A DNA stretch of 62,060 nucleotides, the filler included, from Sluysia triapertura (lineage: Eukaryota), in the NCBI GenBank assembly GCA_046118255.1. It is 5 parts of 5 records of this genome, joined end to end, with 100 filler letters (N's around TTAATTAATTAA, not from the genome) between each part and the next. Parts side by side here need not be neighbours in the genome. Positions count along the whole stretch, not along the records: positions 22,713 to 34,674 come from JBJNIA010152383.1; positions 34,775 to 49,641 come from JBJNIA010246095.1; 3 more parts are not named here. The stretch is one strand, 5' to 3'. Positions 26,279-40,795 of the stretch are shown here, one piece after another; positions within the stretch are counted from its first letter, which is position 1, and each line of letters begins with the position of its first letter. The position numbers and the translations under genes are program-made. Below the pieces are notes generated by a model. That model ran no database searches, was not told the DNA's origin, and was given only the letters and a program-made list of their open reading frames with translations.

Positions 26279-27456
26279 ATGGAGAAAAATCCAGAGACTA
26301 TACAGAGTGATGTACATATGGTATCGATATCCAATAATGCACACTCGTCACACAAACCAGAACGAAGAAATTTAACAAATGAATAAGCTCAACAAAAAAT
26401 TGATCGAACTTCTGAAATCATAACTAAACAATTGGATTATATTAAGCCATTTAAAGATGAATTAGAAAACTATAATAGTAAAGACTTTCACAACAGTTCA
26501 TGGATTGTATACAATCAATATTATGCATTTCAAAAATATAAAATACTACTTACTTTCGTTATGAACTGCGACAAACAAAGGTCAAAACATTGATGCGAAT
26601 AATCGTAATTGATATAATTGCAAATCGCTTAATTTAGTGTTGCAAAGTTATACTATGAACGATATTAAGAACAGCCTTTTCCGTTTTATTATAAAGCTAA
26701 TAATCCCTTCGTCAAATTATTCTGATACTTCAGTCGAGCTCGACCGAAATTTGTACAAAATTGATCATTATTTAACAATGTGTCGAAAATTTCTACAAAC
26801 TTATGTTTCAATTAATATCAATGAAAGAATAAACTCAAAACATTTTGATGCGTTAGAGAAACTTCTATTGATGATATATGATATGTTGCTACGTGAAAAA
26901 GAAGATGATTCAACTGTAATAACAAGAAAGAATAATTATATAGTCATGAAACCATTACTTCAAGGTGAACGACAAAGATTTAATTCATTAATTCTATTAC
27001 TTAATAATTACATTGATACTAAGCCAGAATTTATATAGATTTATTAGAACAAGTAATAACAATTTGTTTTCTCAAACGCGACGAATATCAACTTCGGAAG
27101 AAGAATGTCATTTATACATAAAATTACATTCGTCCTATTTATTCTATCCCGTAGTTAAAACGATTCTCGTCACAATGCGTTTATCAAACGAATATCCTAA
27201 GAACCAGGTACCTTATAATGTACTACTTGTTGTTGAATTCATTTTTAATTATATTTTAGATTTTAAGTTCAGACTTCGCAGCAATGGAGTACCATGGGAT
27301 GTAATGAAGAACAATTTACGATTAATTCAAAAACTGACTTTTAAAAATAATATTTTTATTATCTATAATAAAAATGTACTTTATGTGATTTATTTTGATT
27401 GTAATAGAAATTGTATTAATTTGGTCGTATTAAAAATGAATTTAATGTCTTTATAA
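26279..27456 (+). pseudogene. Decayed gene of unknown product
   Basis: ATG 26279 opens about 100 codons broken by one TAA (26384). ORFs 26637-27038 and 27013-27456 follow in shifted frames. Confidence 0.45.
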
Positions 27457-29489
27457 AATAAGTCAAAACAAAAGAAATCATGAACAGAGATTAATAATTA
27501 AAAATTTCAAAAATAACAGTCCTAAACGCAGATTAATAATCTTTATAATATTGGGAGACTTATTTTGCTTATTGTCTACAACAATTATAACTAATTCAAA
27601 TATTCATCGAGTTCTCCTTCTTTACATTTTAATAATTAAATATAATTTAAACACTACAATTAATACTCGGTCATTAAGTCAAATATTAACCGACACAAAA
27701 GATACGAAATATAATTTTTTTATCAATATAAAATCTTTAGTGAAGAACAAAATACTTGAAACTTATAAAGTTATAGGATGTTATAAGTTACTTGGAATTA
27801 AATTACTAAAATTATCAATTCATTTTCAGCTAAAATTTCTAAATTTATTTCATATACTCAAGTATAAAACTCTATGTTGTTATCGAGATGGCACCACTTT
27901 AAAGCTGTGTGGGTAGTCCACCTCCCCAAACTGGTGTCAGGAGCATAACTACCCAAAAATATAAAGTTATAAAAGTCAATTATAATATCTGTAAAGTATT
28001 TCATAAATTTTGTATTGAAACATTTTATCTTTAATGCATCACAAAATTCATTAAAATAAACAAAATAAAAATATGCAATTTTATTTATTAAAACATCAGA
28101 TTTAAGTTTTACTAAAATTTTCTGCTTGATTTTCCTTACTTTCTTAACCTAACAATTATAATTTTAAACACAGGTTCGACTGCGGTATACGGTTTAAAAC
28201 GTCAAGTAAACGTATCCACAGAAAATAATTACGAAAGAAGTTGCCTTACTCTTACGAATAAAAATTACTTAATAATATTTTGCAATATTAAATTGTTAAA
28301 TTCATTTAATTCATCTTCTTGATTAAATAATTAGTCAATAATTATTTAATTATATGTAATTCTAAATATTTCTCTCTTCAAAATCGTGTAAACCTATCGA
28401 AAATCGTGCAATTATATCGTAACTAACAATTTAATTCTAAATATTTCTTTAAACTTATCGTGTAATTCAATTACCACCAAAACAACTTAATTTATTTTAT
28501 ATTTGTTATTGTAACAAGTAACCAACAATAAAGACAATGAATTTATTAAATAATTAAGGCTGTTTACAATAAACAAATATAATAATAATAAGTTAAACAA
28601 GGGAAATGATTTCTGTTTGTTAAATATGAAATTTGGTTCAGATTTTAATCCAGGCTTAATACTTGGGTTGAAAAGGTTAAATGATTTTAAGTAATGATTT
28701 TAAAGCTAAATTTATCAAAGCTTATCTTAATATTATCTTACTGAATTTTGACGACAAATAATCCAAAGAAATATTATTCTCCATATTCGAGAGTCGATCC
28801 AAATAATAAATGTAATCTTATTATCCAAAATCAACCCATATAAATGGTATCCCAAATCAAAATTCGTCCAAAAACTGATTTATAAAAAATACTACGATAA
28901 TAGCTTTATTTCCAAAATAAGTATTTATAAAAATTCTCCATCGATAATTATGTGAGTTTAGACGTACTTACTCGTATTTATATGGTTGTTGATGATGAAC
29001 ATTAAAATCAAATAACAATATTTTTATTCATAAAAATTCAATAATTAGACCATAAAATTATTTTTAATAATATTTTTATTATTTTTCTAAGTTATTAAAA
29101 CTCAATAAAAAGTACTAAATAATTTTTGTATAATGATGATAATAATTTTCTTTAAAATATAATTTATAATTTTATGAGATATTTACAAATTAAAATTTTA
29201 TTTAATTTAGAATAAAATATTAATAATATTAAATATTTACAATTTTGTAATTTTAATATTTACCAATTTTTAATACAATTTTAATTAATTTATCAACATC
29301 AATATACGGATTTCAATACAAGAAATTTTAATATTTACATTCCTATTTTAAGATTTCCCATATCTACAGTCGGATACTATTGCATTGCTTCTGGTCGTAG
29401 ATTCCTATAAAATAAACAATAATTATATAAGTCTTTATACATAGTTAAACAAATGTAATTTACATTGTAAATAATATCATTATTTTAAT

Positions 29490-30230
29490 AGTAGCCTTTT
29501 AGTTGATTATCGTTGAAATGCCGGTGGTATTGCTAATTTCCGTATTTTATTGATGCTAATAAATCGTCCAATCTTTTCCTATGTTCGATCGCTTGTTCTT
29601 GATTAGTGTTGATTTCGAATACGTTATGATAATGTGGACAGCATAATCCATACTTTATACAAATATTAGAGGAATCGACTATGTAGGGACATTGTGATAC
29701 TAGTAACTGATTGGCGGAAATCGCCTTTAAAATGGCGTACGAATAGATTGTCTTTGAACATTTGTCTTAGTATAATAAACAATATTCAACCACGGTGAAG
29801 CTGTCTGAAAACATCTTTTGGTCATTACAGAAGATGTAAAAGGCAGTGTCACGACACCACTCGATATAAACTGTGGGATCTTTAACTCCTTTGGTAGAGG
29901 AACATTAGCATTTTTTGGTTATATAGATTTCTTCAATTTCATTTTCTTACAACAATCGTATAAGTATTGTGATTTCCATAGCGGAACTTGATTTTTGATA
30001 CTTAATCTCTCATTTCCTATAAAACCATCGTAAAACTTATTATCATTTGAACAATGTTGTTGAATGTCCTCATGGGAACTTTTCATGATAACACCATTAT
30101 TAAATATGAATTCAATCTCACTAAGATTTATTTTTATATCATCAATATTTTGATTATTGAGAGCAAAAAGACTTGTAGCTTTAAGGTTGAATAATGAAGA
30201 CAAATGTTCAAAATTTGTCTAAACTTTACA
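29490..30230 (-). pseudogene. Decayed gene with a BRCT-like N-terminal segment
   Basis: NNG...FIG...VPLWKSQYLYDCCKKMKL resembles the C-terminal helix motif of BRCT domains. Coding-like frames continue through stops and a frameshift. Confidence 0.3.
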
Positions 30231-32989
30231 ACAATTTTAAATTCAGATCATACAGAAATAATATGAAATCTAAATTTACAAACGTTAGGATTTTGACTAG
30301 TATGCGATATAGTACGAAATTTATATGAATGTAATTTTGGTACTTTATTTATAATATGCATGAAATTAATAATAATGAATTTATGTACAACATAAGCTAC
30401 TAAAATACTGGAATCAAGACAAAGAATGAAATATATAATTCTTTATTTGTTAAAATATTAAAGTACATTTGTTAATTAACTTAATTAAAATTTGTTTACT
30501 TTGATAACTCAATAAAAATGTTTGATCATGATATAATGATACTAGATTTAGTGTATAATATTGAGTTTTATTAATGATGAATTATTGCGAAGCACGTTAA
30601 CGTAGATAACGTAAAAATTAATTTTTAATTAATTTTTATAATTTAAAATAAAAGTTTATATATGTTCCGACGTCTAAGTATTAATAAAGTATATATCAAA
30701 TTGATGCTTATAGAGTGACTAATGCAAATATGTTGTTGAACTTGACGTGCGACATAAGGTTGGCGCACAATGTATTATGGAAAAGATTCATGTGAGAAAC
30801 ATATTTATTATTTCATTAATTTTATCTTTAAATTAAGTTGACAAATTACGTTATTAATATAATAACAGTATAATAATGATTTTAAATTTTAAATAGATGA
30901 CATTCAGATGATAAGGGGATTGTTTATCACAATTTCCATTACCTTTGGATAATTAAAATAATAATGAAGTAGAGCTGTGTAAATCCAATACGTAAAATTG
31001 GTCGACTTATTGCCAACTAAAAGAGAGTCGACAGCTTTAATTTCCGTCTTGTTCAATTTCTAATTTTTAATTTCTCTAATTATCATAAAACTGTTATGTA
31101 AGCAGTTACATTTCTACAAGAAAGCAGAAGTGAAACCGCCAATAGGACAGAGTTAAGAAAAATCAAATTAACCAAACTTTCCAATTGTAGGGAATATGCT
31201 TTAGTTCATCAGTGGATAACGATGAAACTAAAGTTATTTATTTAGCAATTGATTAAAATAAACCAGTTTCTTTTTAGAACAAGGGTTAGTAATATATTTT
31301 ATATTTTGCATTAATACGGGTGCTAATGGTTCTGATTTGTCATTAAAGATTAATTTACATTATTATAAAGAGTAACTTGTATTGTCATTGTTATAAAGAA
31401 TAATTTACATTTTTTAGTTGTAATCTTGTGATAATATAAAGAATATATCGAGATTTTGAATTTATTTAGTTCTTGAGTTTAATTTAATAATTTGAGAAAA
31501 TAAAAGTAGTATAAGAAAATAATGATAAATTTAATATTAATACAGATGATTTAAATGACAACAGCAACAATTATAATAAAAAGAATAGTGACAATAATAA
31601 TAACTACTGCTAAGATTTCTTTTTATTTTATCTTTTATGAAACTTATATAATCTTAGGGTGTGCTTACAAATCTACGATTTGTATCGGAATAAAAATGTA
31701 TCTTTAAGAGTGCACGACTATATTATTTTTTAATTTCTTGTCCTTATGACTTATATTAGATACTGCCACGATTCTTTCAAAGAAACTTTTTTGAGGGTCT
31801 ATATTAATTTATTTTGATTTTAATTTATTAATTTATTAAGTGACTTTATGTATTATGAGACTGAGTTAACTATTTTATTTATAAGTAATAAGAAATAAAG
31901 ATGGGATATATATGTGTGTGTGAGAAAAGTAAAGCAATAGAATAAAGACTTAAAGTGAGTTCACCAACGTACTGGACTTACCAGCTAAGACCAGCCGTTT
32001 GATTTTGTAGGCAAGAGTAAAAGGAGTTGCGATATAACTGGGACAGAAAAACTTATCTATTGTATCTTGACTTTAAAAATTTTTTTAGAAATTCTGGAGA
32101 TTTTACAATTGAGTTATATTTTTAAATTTTTTGCGAGGATCCTATGAAAAGGATCGTAGATAAATATTTTACGAAGTTGGAATTAAATCCAACTATAGAA
32201 AGCTGTTTTTGGTAGTAAAAAATTTTATAATTGAAACTATCTAAAAAGAAAACTAGTAATTGTTAAAATTTTATTAAGTACAAATAAAAGAATTTATATA
32301 AATTACAAGCAAAAATGATAATAATAAAATGTCTAATAAAATATCTAAAGTTAATATTAATCGATTTTACTTGCATTTTGCGGAGGTATCACGAGGATAT
32401 CAAACCTTATTACAAATAAACTAACGTTTATATAAAAGAAAAATTCGAAAACCTGGTCAGGAACTCTGTTTAGATTGAAAATTGTTAACTTGATTTTAGA
32501 ATTCTTTGACGATGAAAGCCTTGTAAACTTAAATCAAATTATATGTTGTGTAAATTTTTTGAAATCGTATTTATATAAATTTTATTGGCCTTGACCAGAT
32601 TTAAAGAATTCAATTTTTTATGAAATTAAAATTAAAATTTAAAATATTTATAAAAATCTAGAAATTAACATTTAAAAACTTTACCGATTAAGTTTACAAA
32701 TCTAAATTTTATATTATTCTTATCAAAAATAAATTCAAGGATTTATTAACAATTACTTATAGTAAAATAATAATATAATATAATAAATACCACTAATAAT
32801 AATAGTAATAATCTAAACAACTCACAATGTTGAATAATATACATCTTTTTCTTGTTTTAAAATTAAACGTATACCTTATTTTGATAATGCATGAGTTTTA
32901 CACTTCTTTTCTATATAAACTTTAATGTCCTCACTAATATTTTAATTACCATACTTTAAAGTGCATCTTAAAAACTTTTTGGTTAAATT

Positions 32990-33100
32990 TTAGGAGCGCC
33001 TTATAATCAGGTGAAGTAGGCCAAATAGATGATTTACCAAATTTTTAGGATGCGCCTTATAATCCGGATAATTTTGATACTATTTTGATACTACTACGGT
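32990..33100. mobile_element. Tc2/pogo-like MITE terminus remnant
   Basis: Repeated GCGCCTTATAATC(A/C)GG motif ending near TACGG. This resembles the reverse complement of CCGTATTTTCCGGA.TATAAGGCGC TIRs. Confidence 0.4.
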
Positions 33101-33935
33101 GATTTTGATACTATTTAAGCTTAACATACAGTTTAAGAATAACTACAAATGTCACAACGCTGGAAGTGCTTCACTCGTTGGTTACATAGCACATTAAGTC
33201 GTTTTGTCTTTCTCGTTTTGACTCACAATACTTCTAAATTTTTTATCGATATCAGAAAGAAATGATTGAAATATTCATGTAGCTAACAAATTGGTGATCA
33301 TTATTGTTATTCTAAATGTTGTACATTAAATTGAGATGATTGTAATGAGGGGATAATTTCTAAGATCAGTTTTTGTAGTTATTGATATTTTTGAAAGATT
33401 ATCAATTGCTTGTTGAAATAATTGATGATTATAGGAAATATTTTAATGATCTGAAATGTGTTTATTTTATAGATTGTTATACTGTAGTCACTATGAATGT
33501 CATCATTATTTATGTTGCAATGAATTTTTTGGTATTAGTTAAACAATTTATAAAATATATTGTATTTATATGGAGATAAAAATTTTGTATGAGTTTTGGG
33601 GTTTCAATTCACTTTAAGAGGAACTTCACTGTTTCAAGATTGGTTTTTCTGAAGTTTTTTTTTGATAAAAAACAAAAACAATGATTTATTGTTTTACCAT
33701 TTTACGACATCAAATAAACTACTTTTAAACATAAGTAGCTAATTAATATAATGTTATTTGTTTAATTTCTTCAATTTTGAATGTCTTTTTCATCGATTAA
33801 AGAATTATAGTTTTTAAAGCACTCATGGAGAAAATGAAATTTGGAAATAGTGTGAATAAAATGAATACCTATCTTATAAAATGATAATAAATGCAACACA
33901 TCTGAATTTGGACAAAGGTAATTAATTTTGTGATT

Positions 33936-34413
33936 TCAATTAGCACTTTGAAGTGCATCAATTACTGCACGGTGGACATTGAGAGCAGCATCGAGAGTGT
34001 TGTGAAACTCGAGAACATCACGTTCAATTTTACTGTAATATGTCATTATTACGTCACCCGTAGTTCGATTGGCTAATTGCACTACTCTCATTGATCCAGG
34101 TATTGGAACTGCTTGAGCTCCACACCGTGTAGAAAGACTGCTTTGCAATCCGGTAAGTGGAAGTACTTGTTTGACCTTGTAAGTATGGGCTGTGCTTCCG
34201 CCAGAAGTTGTACCACTCCAAGGATGTTGTTGCTTTTTCGTGACAATCAAGAGATCATTAAAGAGAAAAAGGGTGCGATCTCTTAGAGAAGGTTTTTCGT
34301 GATGATGATGGTGGTGGGAATGAAGTGAAGTCGTCGCAGCAGTTGTAGATACAGCATTTGAAGAACCTGGTGGAAATTGAACCAAACACAAATCCACATG
34401 ACATATGACATAT
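33936..34413 (-). CDS. Terminal exon encoding an IQSEC/BRAG (Arf-GEF)-type PH domain
   Basis: RYVICHVDLCLV...LRDRTLFLFNDLLIVTK...TYKVKQVLPLTGLQ matches the IQSEC motif RRLVCYCRL..HQREIFLFNDLLVVTK..TYSFRQSFSLYGMQ. CAG acceptor at 34414-34416 and a TGA stop. The upstream Sec7 exons are not in this contig. Confidence 0.75.
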
Positions 34414-34596
34414 CTGAACATAATATTGATTAATTAATTTGTCTAAATTAAGAAAATACCTTCATTTATAACACTGTAATTAAATATGTATCATTTCTGC
34501 AGTTAGCATCATAAACTTTTTTAAGTTAATGAATTTGCCGATGCTTATATTGATAAATTTTAAATGATACACATGTATACGTTATAAAGATATTAT

Positions 34597-34598
<2 letters not shown>

Positions 34599-34656
<58 letters not shown>

Positions 34657-34674
34657 GTAGTAGTAGTAGTAGTA
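34599..34674. repeat. (TTA)n(TAG)n microsatellite at a contig end
   Basis: Directly visible. Confidence 0.95.
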
Positions 34675-34774
34675 NNNNNNNNNNNNNNNNNNNNNNNNNN
34701 NNNNNNNNNNNNNNNNNNTTAATTAATTAANNNNNNNNNNNNNNNNNNNNNNNNNNNNNNNNNNNNNNNNNNNN
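34675..34774. other. Artificial contig linker
   Basis: N44-TTAATTAATTAA-N44. Confidence 0.97.
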
Positions 34775-36728
34775 TATAAATAATCCAAAAAATGAATTTG
34801 ATAAAAGATTTTACTATGCTATCGATAAATGATAGCGATAATGTACAAAATGAATGTTAAGTTTTATTTTGGTAAGGCAATATTATAAATTGCTGAAATC
34901 CTATTATAAAAAACTAACGAAATGAAAATAAAATGATCCTCCGAATTGAATTGTGAAAAATCTTCTGTTATAGAATTATAAAACTCGAAATCTCTAATCT
35001 TTTCAAAAACCAAAATTACGCTCCAACTATTACGAAAAAACTTATAAAAAAGGTTGTGTTTTAGTTCTAAAATGTGCTATCTTATATAGATAGTTTAGAT
35101 GACCTTGGCTGTATTTTTTTAATTTTGGTTAATTAAAACAATTAATAATAATTTTAATGATAATAATAATATTTATAACAAAATAATAATTTTATAATAA
35201 TAGGATATTATTAACCTGGATTACAACGATGATGACAAATAGATTAAATTTATTCCAATTATATTTAAATTACATATATTCCAATTATATTTTCTTAAAT
35301 AATTAATAATTCTTAAATTATGAACTTTAAATAAACTTTGTACGATAATAATAATTCTAATAATTCGAAATTCTGATTCGGACTTTGATTATATTTTTTA
35401 CAATTATGTGTTGACTTTAATTTTTTTACAATACTGAAGCATCGAATTATGACGTTTATGATAATAAACATTACAAACCAAACAAATTAGAGTTTACTAC
35501 TGCATTGGATAAAAGAACTTATGGTAAAATAAGTGATTAGTCGTTCTATCAACAATACAAAATTAAATGTACAAATAATAAAATGTATCCTATACTCGTA
35601 AAAACACACAATTCTCCAAATTCCGAGTATCATGAAGCTTTTGGAAAAGTTTAAAGAACGGACGAAATTTGCTCCAAGCATATTAAAAACTATTAATCGA
35701 AATATTGATTTAAACCGTTATTACTCCGTACATATTGGATTGGAACATGTTGCATGCAGACTAGTCAAAGTTCGTGATTACAAAACATGACATGTCGAGC
35801 TTTATGCTATGAACTCCAATTGGAATAATAAGAGCAATGAAATAACAAATATGTATGTCATCACGGTAACTAACACCAAATTCCATGAATTCTATCAACA
35901 ACTCTATTCGATTACTTACATTTCTGATCTATCTTACAGTTATCAATTATGGTAGAGATTTTATATTTACGCCCTCGTCTAAATTACATAACCACTCATA
36001 TAGACGTTTGACATTCAGCGATATCAAAACTCCAGTCTGGTATAAAACACATTATCTAGATAAAACTCCAAAGAAGAAAATGATATTGATAGATCTGGTG
36101 TAAAATCGCTGTTAGTTTGATCATATTTTGTCCATATTTCCAAAAATGACCAAAATAATCAATATTAAATCACATTGACATAACATTATTGCCAGACAAT
36201 TAAAATATTATTGTCGTATGCTATTATAATAAATCTCCTTTAATATGCGTTAAAATGTGATAAGTTATAATTTCGCTGAAAATTGATGTGATTTCACTAT
36301 CATTATTAAGCTTTAAAAATATTTTAAGAGGATTTTAGGATGTTGAATGTTTGAAACTTATGGATTTAGATTGAAAAGTTTGTTATTTGTGTTGTGACTA
36401 AAACTTTTGTTATGTGATGGTCTTTGTGTTAAAATTAGATATAATGAATTGGAAGTTAATAAATAAATCCTAATACAATACTTAAAATGATATAAAAAGC
36501 TCATTAAACCATCATTTTATTAAATAAATTTTAAAAATTCTTATTTTGAAAATAATAAATTATGTTTTACTTGTTATGTTGTATGTGATTTACTTACAGT
36601 ATTTTAGTTTACATCTTTTAATGCTAAACAACACTTCTATTATTATAAGTTTATTGTTTTTCGGAATAACTTCAATATTGTTTTAATATGTATTGTATCT
36701 ATAGCAAACTTATACTTTTTAGTTTAAA

Positions 36729-38384
36729 ATGTTAACATTATTTATTTGTATTTTTATTGCATCAACTTTTTGTCAGATTGTTATTGAAAATAATGGTCCC
36801 TGCTCGTGCGATTATAATGACAATATTTGTGATCAAAATTGTTGTTGTGACACTGTTTGTACTGCAGCAGAAAGAGGTACGTATAACTGCGAAAATTCTT
36901 ACGTAACGCCATCTGGATTAAAGTGTTTTTCTAAAACTTTGCTATTTAAAAATAATACAGATTTTAATGTAATAGATGGTAATCAGTACTGCATTCATAA
37001 CGATAATTGTATATTTATAATCTATTTTGTATTAATTCTATGTAGATAGCGTTCGTAATTTTTATTACAAACCCACAGCATTGTCTTCTGCGAAGATTTT
37101 AAATTATACATCAAATCCATATTTACCTACTTTGAGTTCATTTTATTCAATTAGTATGTTTAATAAAAGTAGTTATAAAGTACATTTTTAATAATTTTAT
37201 CGCATCATTAAGTTAGGAGATCCCATTATTACCTATATGCCGAATGAATTTGTTAGTTCTTTAACTATTTCAAATCGTAATTTGGATGGATCTTGTATTC
37301 GTAGTTACTCTATTGAATATTTAACTCAAATGGATAATGAATGTGTATTTACAATTTCATGTAAATCCGTGCCTGCAATTCGTGATTATTTGCCATTTAA
37401 TTCTTTTAGAGTGCTTTTATCACCAAATGTATTGCTTCAATCACTGAATCCTTTGGATTTACCTCAACGTTCATATATTAATATAAATTGTACAGGTGAT
37501 TGTAATACTTCATTAGTACCAGAAAATAGCTCTATAAATTTATGTAAGAATGTTGTTGTTAATATTTGTTATATTATTACCATTACTGATAATATAAATG
37601 ATTTAAAATTTTTATCCAAATTGGTGAAAAGTATATAAATCAACAGTTTACTCAAAAGTTATTAGTACAATTTATTCACTCAAGTTTACAACTGTTGGGA
37701 AATCCTGGCTGCACTGCTGGAAAGTCGATTAGAACAGTATTACATAAATCAGTGTCATCAAATATTAATGAATATAATTTAAACGACGCATTGAAAATGT
37801 TAAATTATGGTACTTTTAATATTTGTAATATTAACATTATTTTCTTTGGACATAATATCAATAGAGATTGTTCCATAACAATGAAAGCAAATACCACCGA
37901 AACTAATTCATATGTAGTTAACAATTTATTAAATCATCTTCAACCGGGCTATGTGGCTCCTTTTGCTAATATAATAAAAGGAAATGCGAATAATTTAGTC
38001 AAATCAATAGTACAAAACGTTTCAACTGGATCCTTATTAACAGAATATAACCTTTACATTGTTTTTGCTCGAAATGGAACTCTTACAAAACCTCAAAATA
38101 AAATCATCGGTCTCAGAACACGTTTTGTTTACACTAGTTTAAGTGTTGTGGATGGTGAAAGATATCGGTTGAAAAGTAATGTAAAATTTCTAGATAATTC
38201 TGAAACAATTTTTTCACTTTATAATCAAATTAAATACGCCAAATTGCATAGATCAATTCGAGAGTTTTTCTATTTGTTTTATGTGGAAAATAATGTGTCA
38301 AAATATGGAGCAATAATTATCACATTATTATATCAACTGCTTTACTTTGTTTGGTGTATTGAATTACTCATCGTTTATGATTGA
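36729..38384 (+). CDS. TCTN: Tectonic family (DUF1619) ciliary transition-zone protein. Exons 36729-37008, 37046-37179, 37213-38384, with a -1 frameshift near 37605
   Basis: Signal peptide; CSCD...CDQNCCCD..C; YCIH.DN; YK/LGDPI; C.NVV..I.Y.I; QQF...VQF...GNPG; G...PQNKIIG; C-terminal hydrophobic tail. GT-AG introns of 37 and 33 bp keep the frame. Confidence 0.9.
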
Positions 38385-38555
38385 AAGACGTTTTAGTTTA
38401 AGTGTTAACTGCATTTCATTTTTATCTTAAATTGCTTTATATAATAATTGTATTTTTAAAAATATTCTTTAATACAATATTTGTAAATGATTTTATAAAA
38501 ATTATAACTTTTTCTTAGCATATATCGTCAAATAGTTTCATTATTGTAATTAAAA

Positions 38556-38558
<3 letters not shown>

Positions 38559-38613
<55 letters not shown>
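38559..38613. repeat. (AAT)n microsatellite
   Basis: Directly visible. Confidence 0.97.
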
Positions 38614-38615
<2 letters not shown>

Positions 38616-40795
38616 AAATATTTGTAATTTATGTTATATTGTGAAAATAATCTACTATTTCTAAATTCATTGAGAAAAATATGAAAATAAGAATCAAAAT
38701 AAATATATTAAATATGTCTTCATCAATATGCTTTAAAATCGATTTTTTGGAACATAATTTTAAATTAATGAATAGATAAAAGGAAGTGGTCGAATTCATG
38801 TCTTAACGAAAGTCGTGTTATGTTGTAAAACAATATTTTGACGTTAAAGGCAAATAAAGAAACTACAATCGCAAAAAATCAAAAAACCTACAATCACAAA
38901 TAAGCTTTTAATCAGTGCGTTTACCTGCGACATAAGTCTTACGCAGTTAAAGTTTTGTGTACAATATTTATCTTATGGAGGCCAAATGTACGAGTATGCT
39001 TACTTAATTCAAATACACTTGTGTAATAATTGTTAAACCAAGATTATTATTAATTTAAACATAGCTCGACTCCCTAATGAACATATTCCTCATATTTATA
39101 AATTAATAAAAGATTTTAATTTCTTTATTGTCTTTAATAACTTAACTATATAATTTAGTACTCATTTTAAGTCCTTATTTAAAAACCGCGCAATAATTTA
39201 TAATTTTTGGAAAATAAAGTTTAAATCAATGATATAGTTTTACAAGATCGCAGTATGATCTGCAAATGATTAAAAATATTTAGATAATTTTATAGTTCAA
39301 AGGTACAACTTTAAAAATTCTCAAAATATTTTATTTATTGATTTTAAGTGACTCTTTAAAATGCCATGCGAAGGTAAATGGAAAATAAAGTTAAATTTTA
39401 AAATATAGTAAAAGTGGAAAAACTTACGTACTCGGAAAACTTTCGTCGGTTTCTTAGAAAATTAAGGCTGCTTTTAGATTTATGTCCTTGTGGTTATTTA
39501 AACTTGCAATACGTAATATTGTTGTGAAGCAATAATTTGTAAGGATCCTTCATTTCCATATTGATTTTGATTTTAAACAAAATTGTTCTTTCAAATCGTT
39601 TCTGTTTTTAGATAATTTTCAACCCATTTATTGATTCAAAAATATAATCTTGTATTTTCGAAAAGTATATATGTAAATGTGCTGGATGTATTTTTAATTT
39701 TTATATAATTTTGTGTGGTTTAAGTACATATATAATTTTCTATATATTTTAATTTACTTTATAAAATTTTAATTATTATTATGATAAATTATTATTATCA
39801 AATTATTATATTAATTATTATTATTTTGTTAATTATTTGTTTTAAATAAAAGTCTAAATTATTATTTTGTTAATTTGTTTTAAACAAAAATCTGAAAATA
39901 AAATTTAAAAATAAGAATATGTGTTATAATATGATTGGTCGAAAAGACCTATAAATAAACTGTAATTTTGTAATAGAATTCAACGAAATTGAATATTTCA
40001 ATTAATTTTATAATAATTAGAGAGAAGTTTTTGTCAATTGAATTTTTAATCCTTGGAAAAAAGTTTTATTTCAGTTATTTGTAATTGTTAAAAATGATCA
40101 ACATTACCTTGGAATGATAACTATTTTTATATTTTAAAAACAGACTAATCGTTAGGTTTTTTCATTTTTAAGTTAAATTTATTGAACATATATAAAATAA
40201 ACTTAAATTCAAGCCATAATTTTAATACCACAATTTTATTTAAAAATTTTTTCAACTAAATATTAATTATATATATTTTTAATTGAACCTAAATAATATT
40301 TTACTAATTAAAATTAATATTATAATATCCATTATAGTCTTTGATATCAGTTTTGTATCTCTTAATAAATCATTAAGGTTTACACTATTAAATTTTAAAG
40401 TTTGATACTTAATTATTAGCATTTTGAATTTTTGAATAAAATAAAAAATCTCTTAATAAATCATTAAGGTTTACGTATTTTTATTACGTTGTGGGACAAT
40501 TTTTCGAGTAAAATAAAATTGATTTAGTATTGTTGTACCTTTTAATAAATAATTATTTTATTCTTCGTATCATTATAATAAAAGTCTCAGTCAAATCATT
40601 ATTAGAAAGAATATAATTGTAAAAAGTGATATTAACGAAGAAACATGTAGAACCTCCAGTTTTAATCTCTTTTCTTGACGCTGCAAATCTATGTACTGGC
40701 CCTTCGGTGAGTGAGTCCAGTATCATAGAGAATTCAAGAACAAAAAGATAAACTATTATAGTAAATAAAATCTTTTCTTATCGCATAATCTTCAC

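Noticed and set aside
26279-27456. Stop-codon reassignment (TAA/TAG to Gln)
   Set aside because: Conserved genes in the window use CAA/CAG and have no internal TAR, and frameshifts co-occur with the stops.
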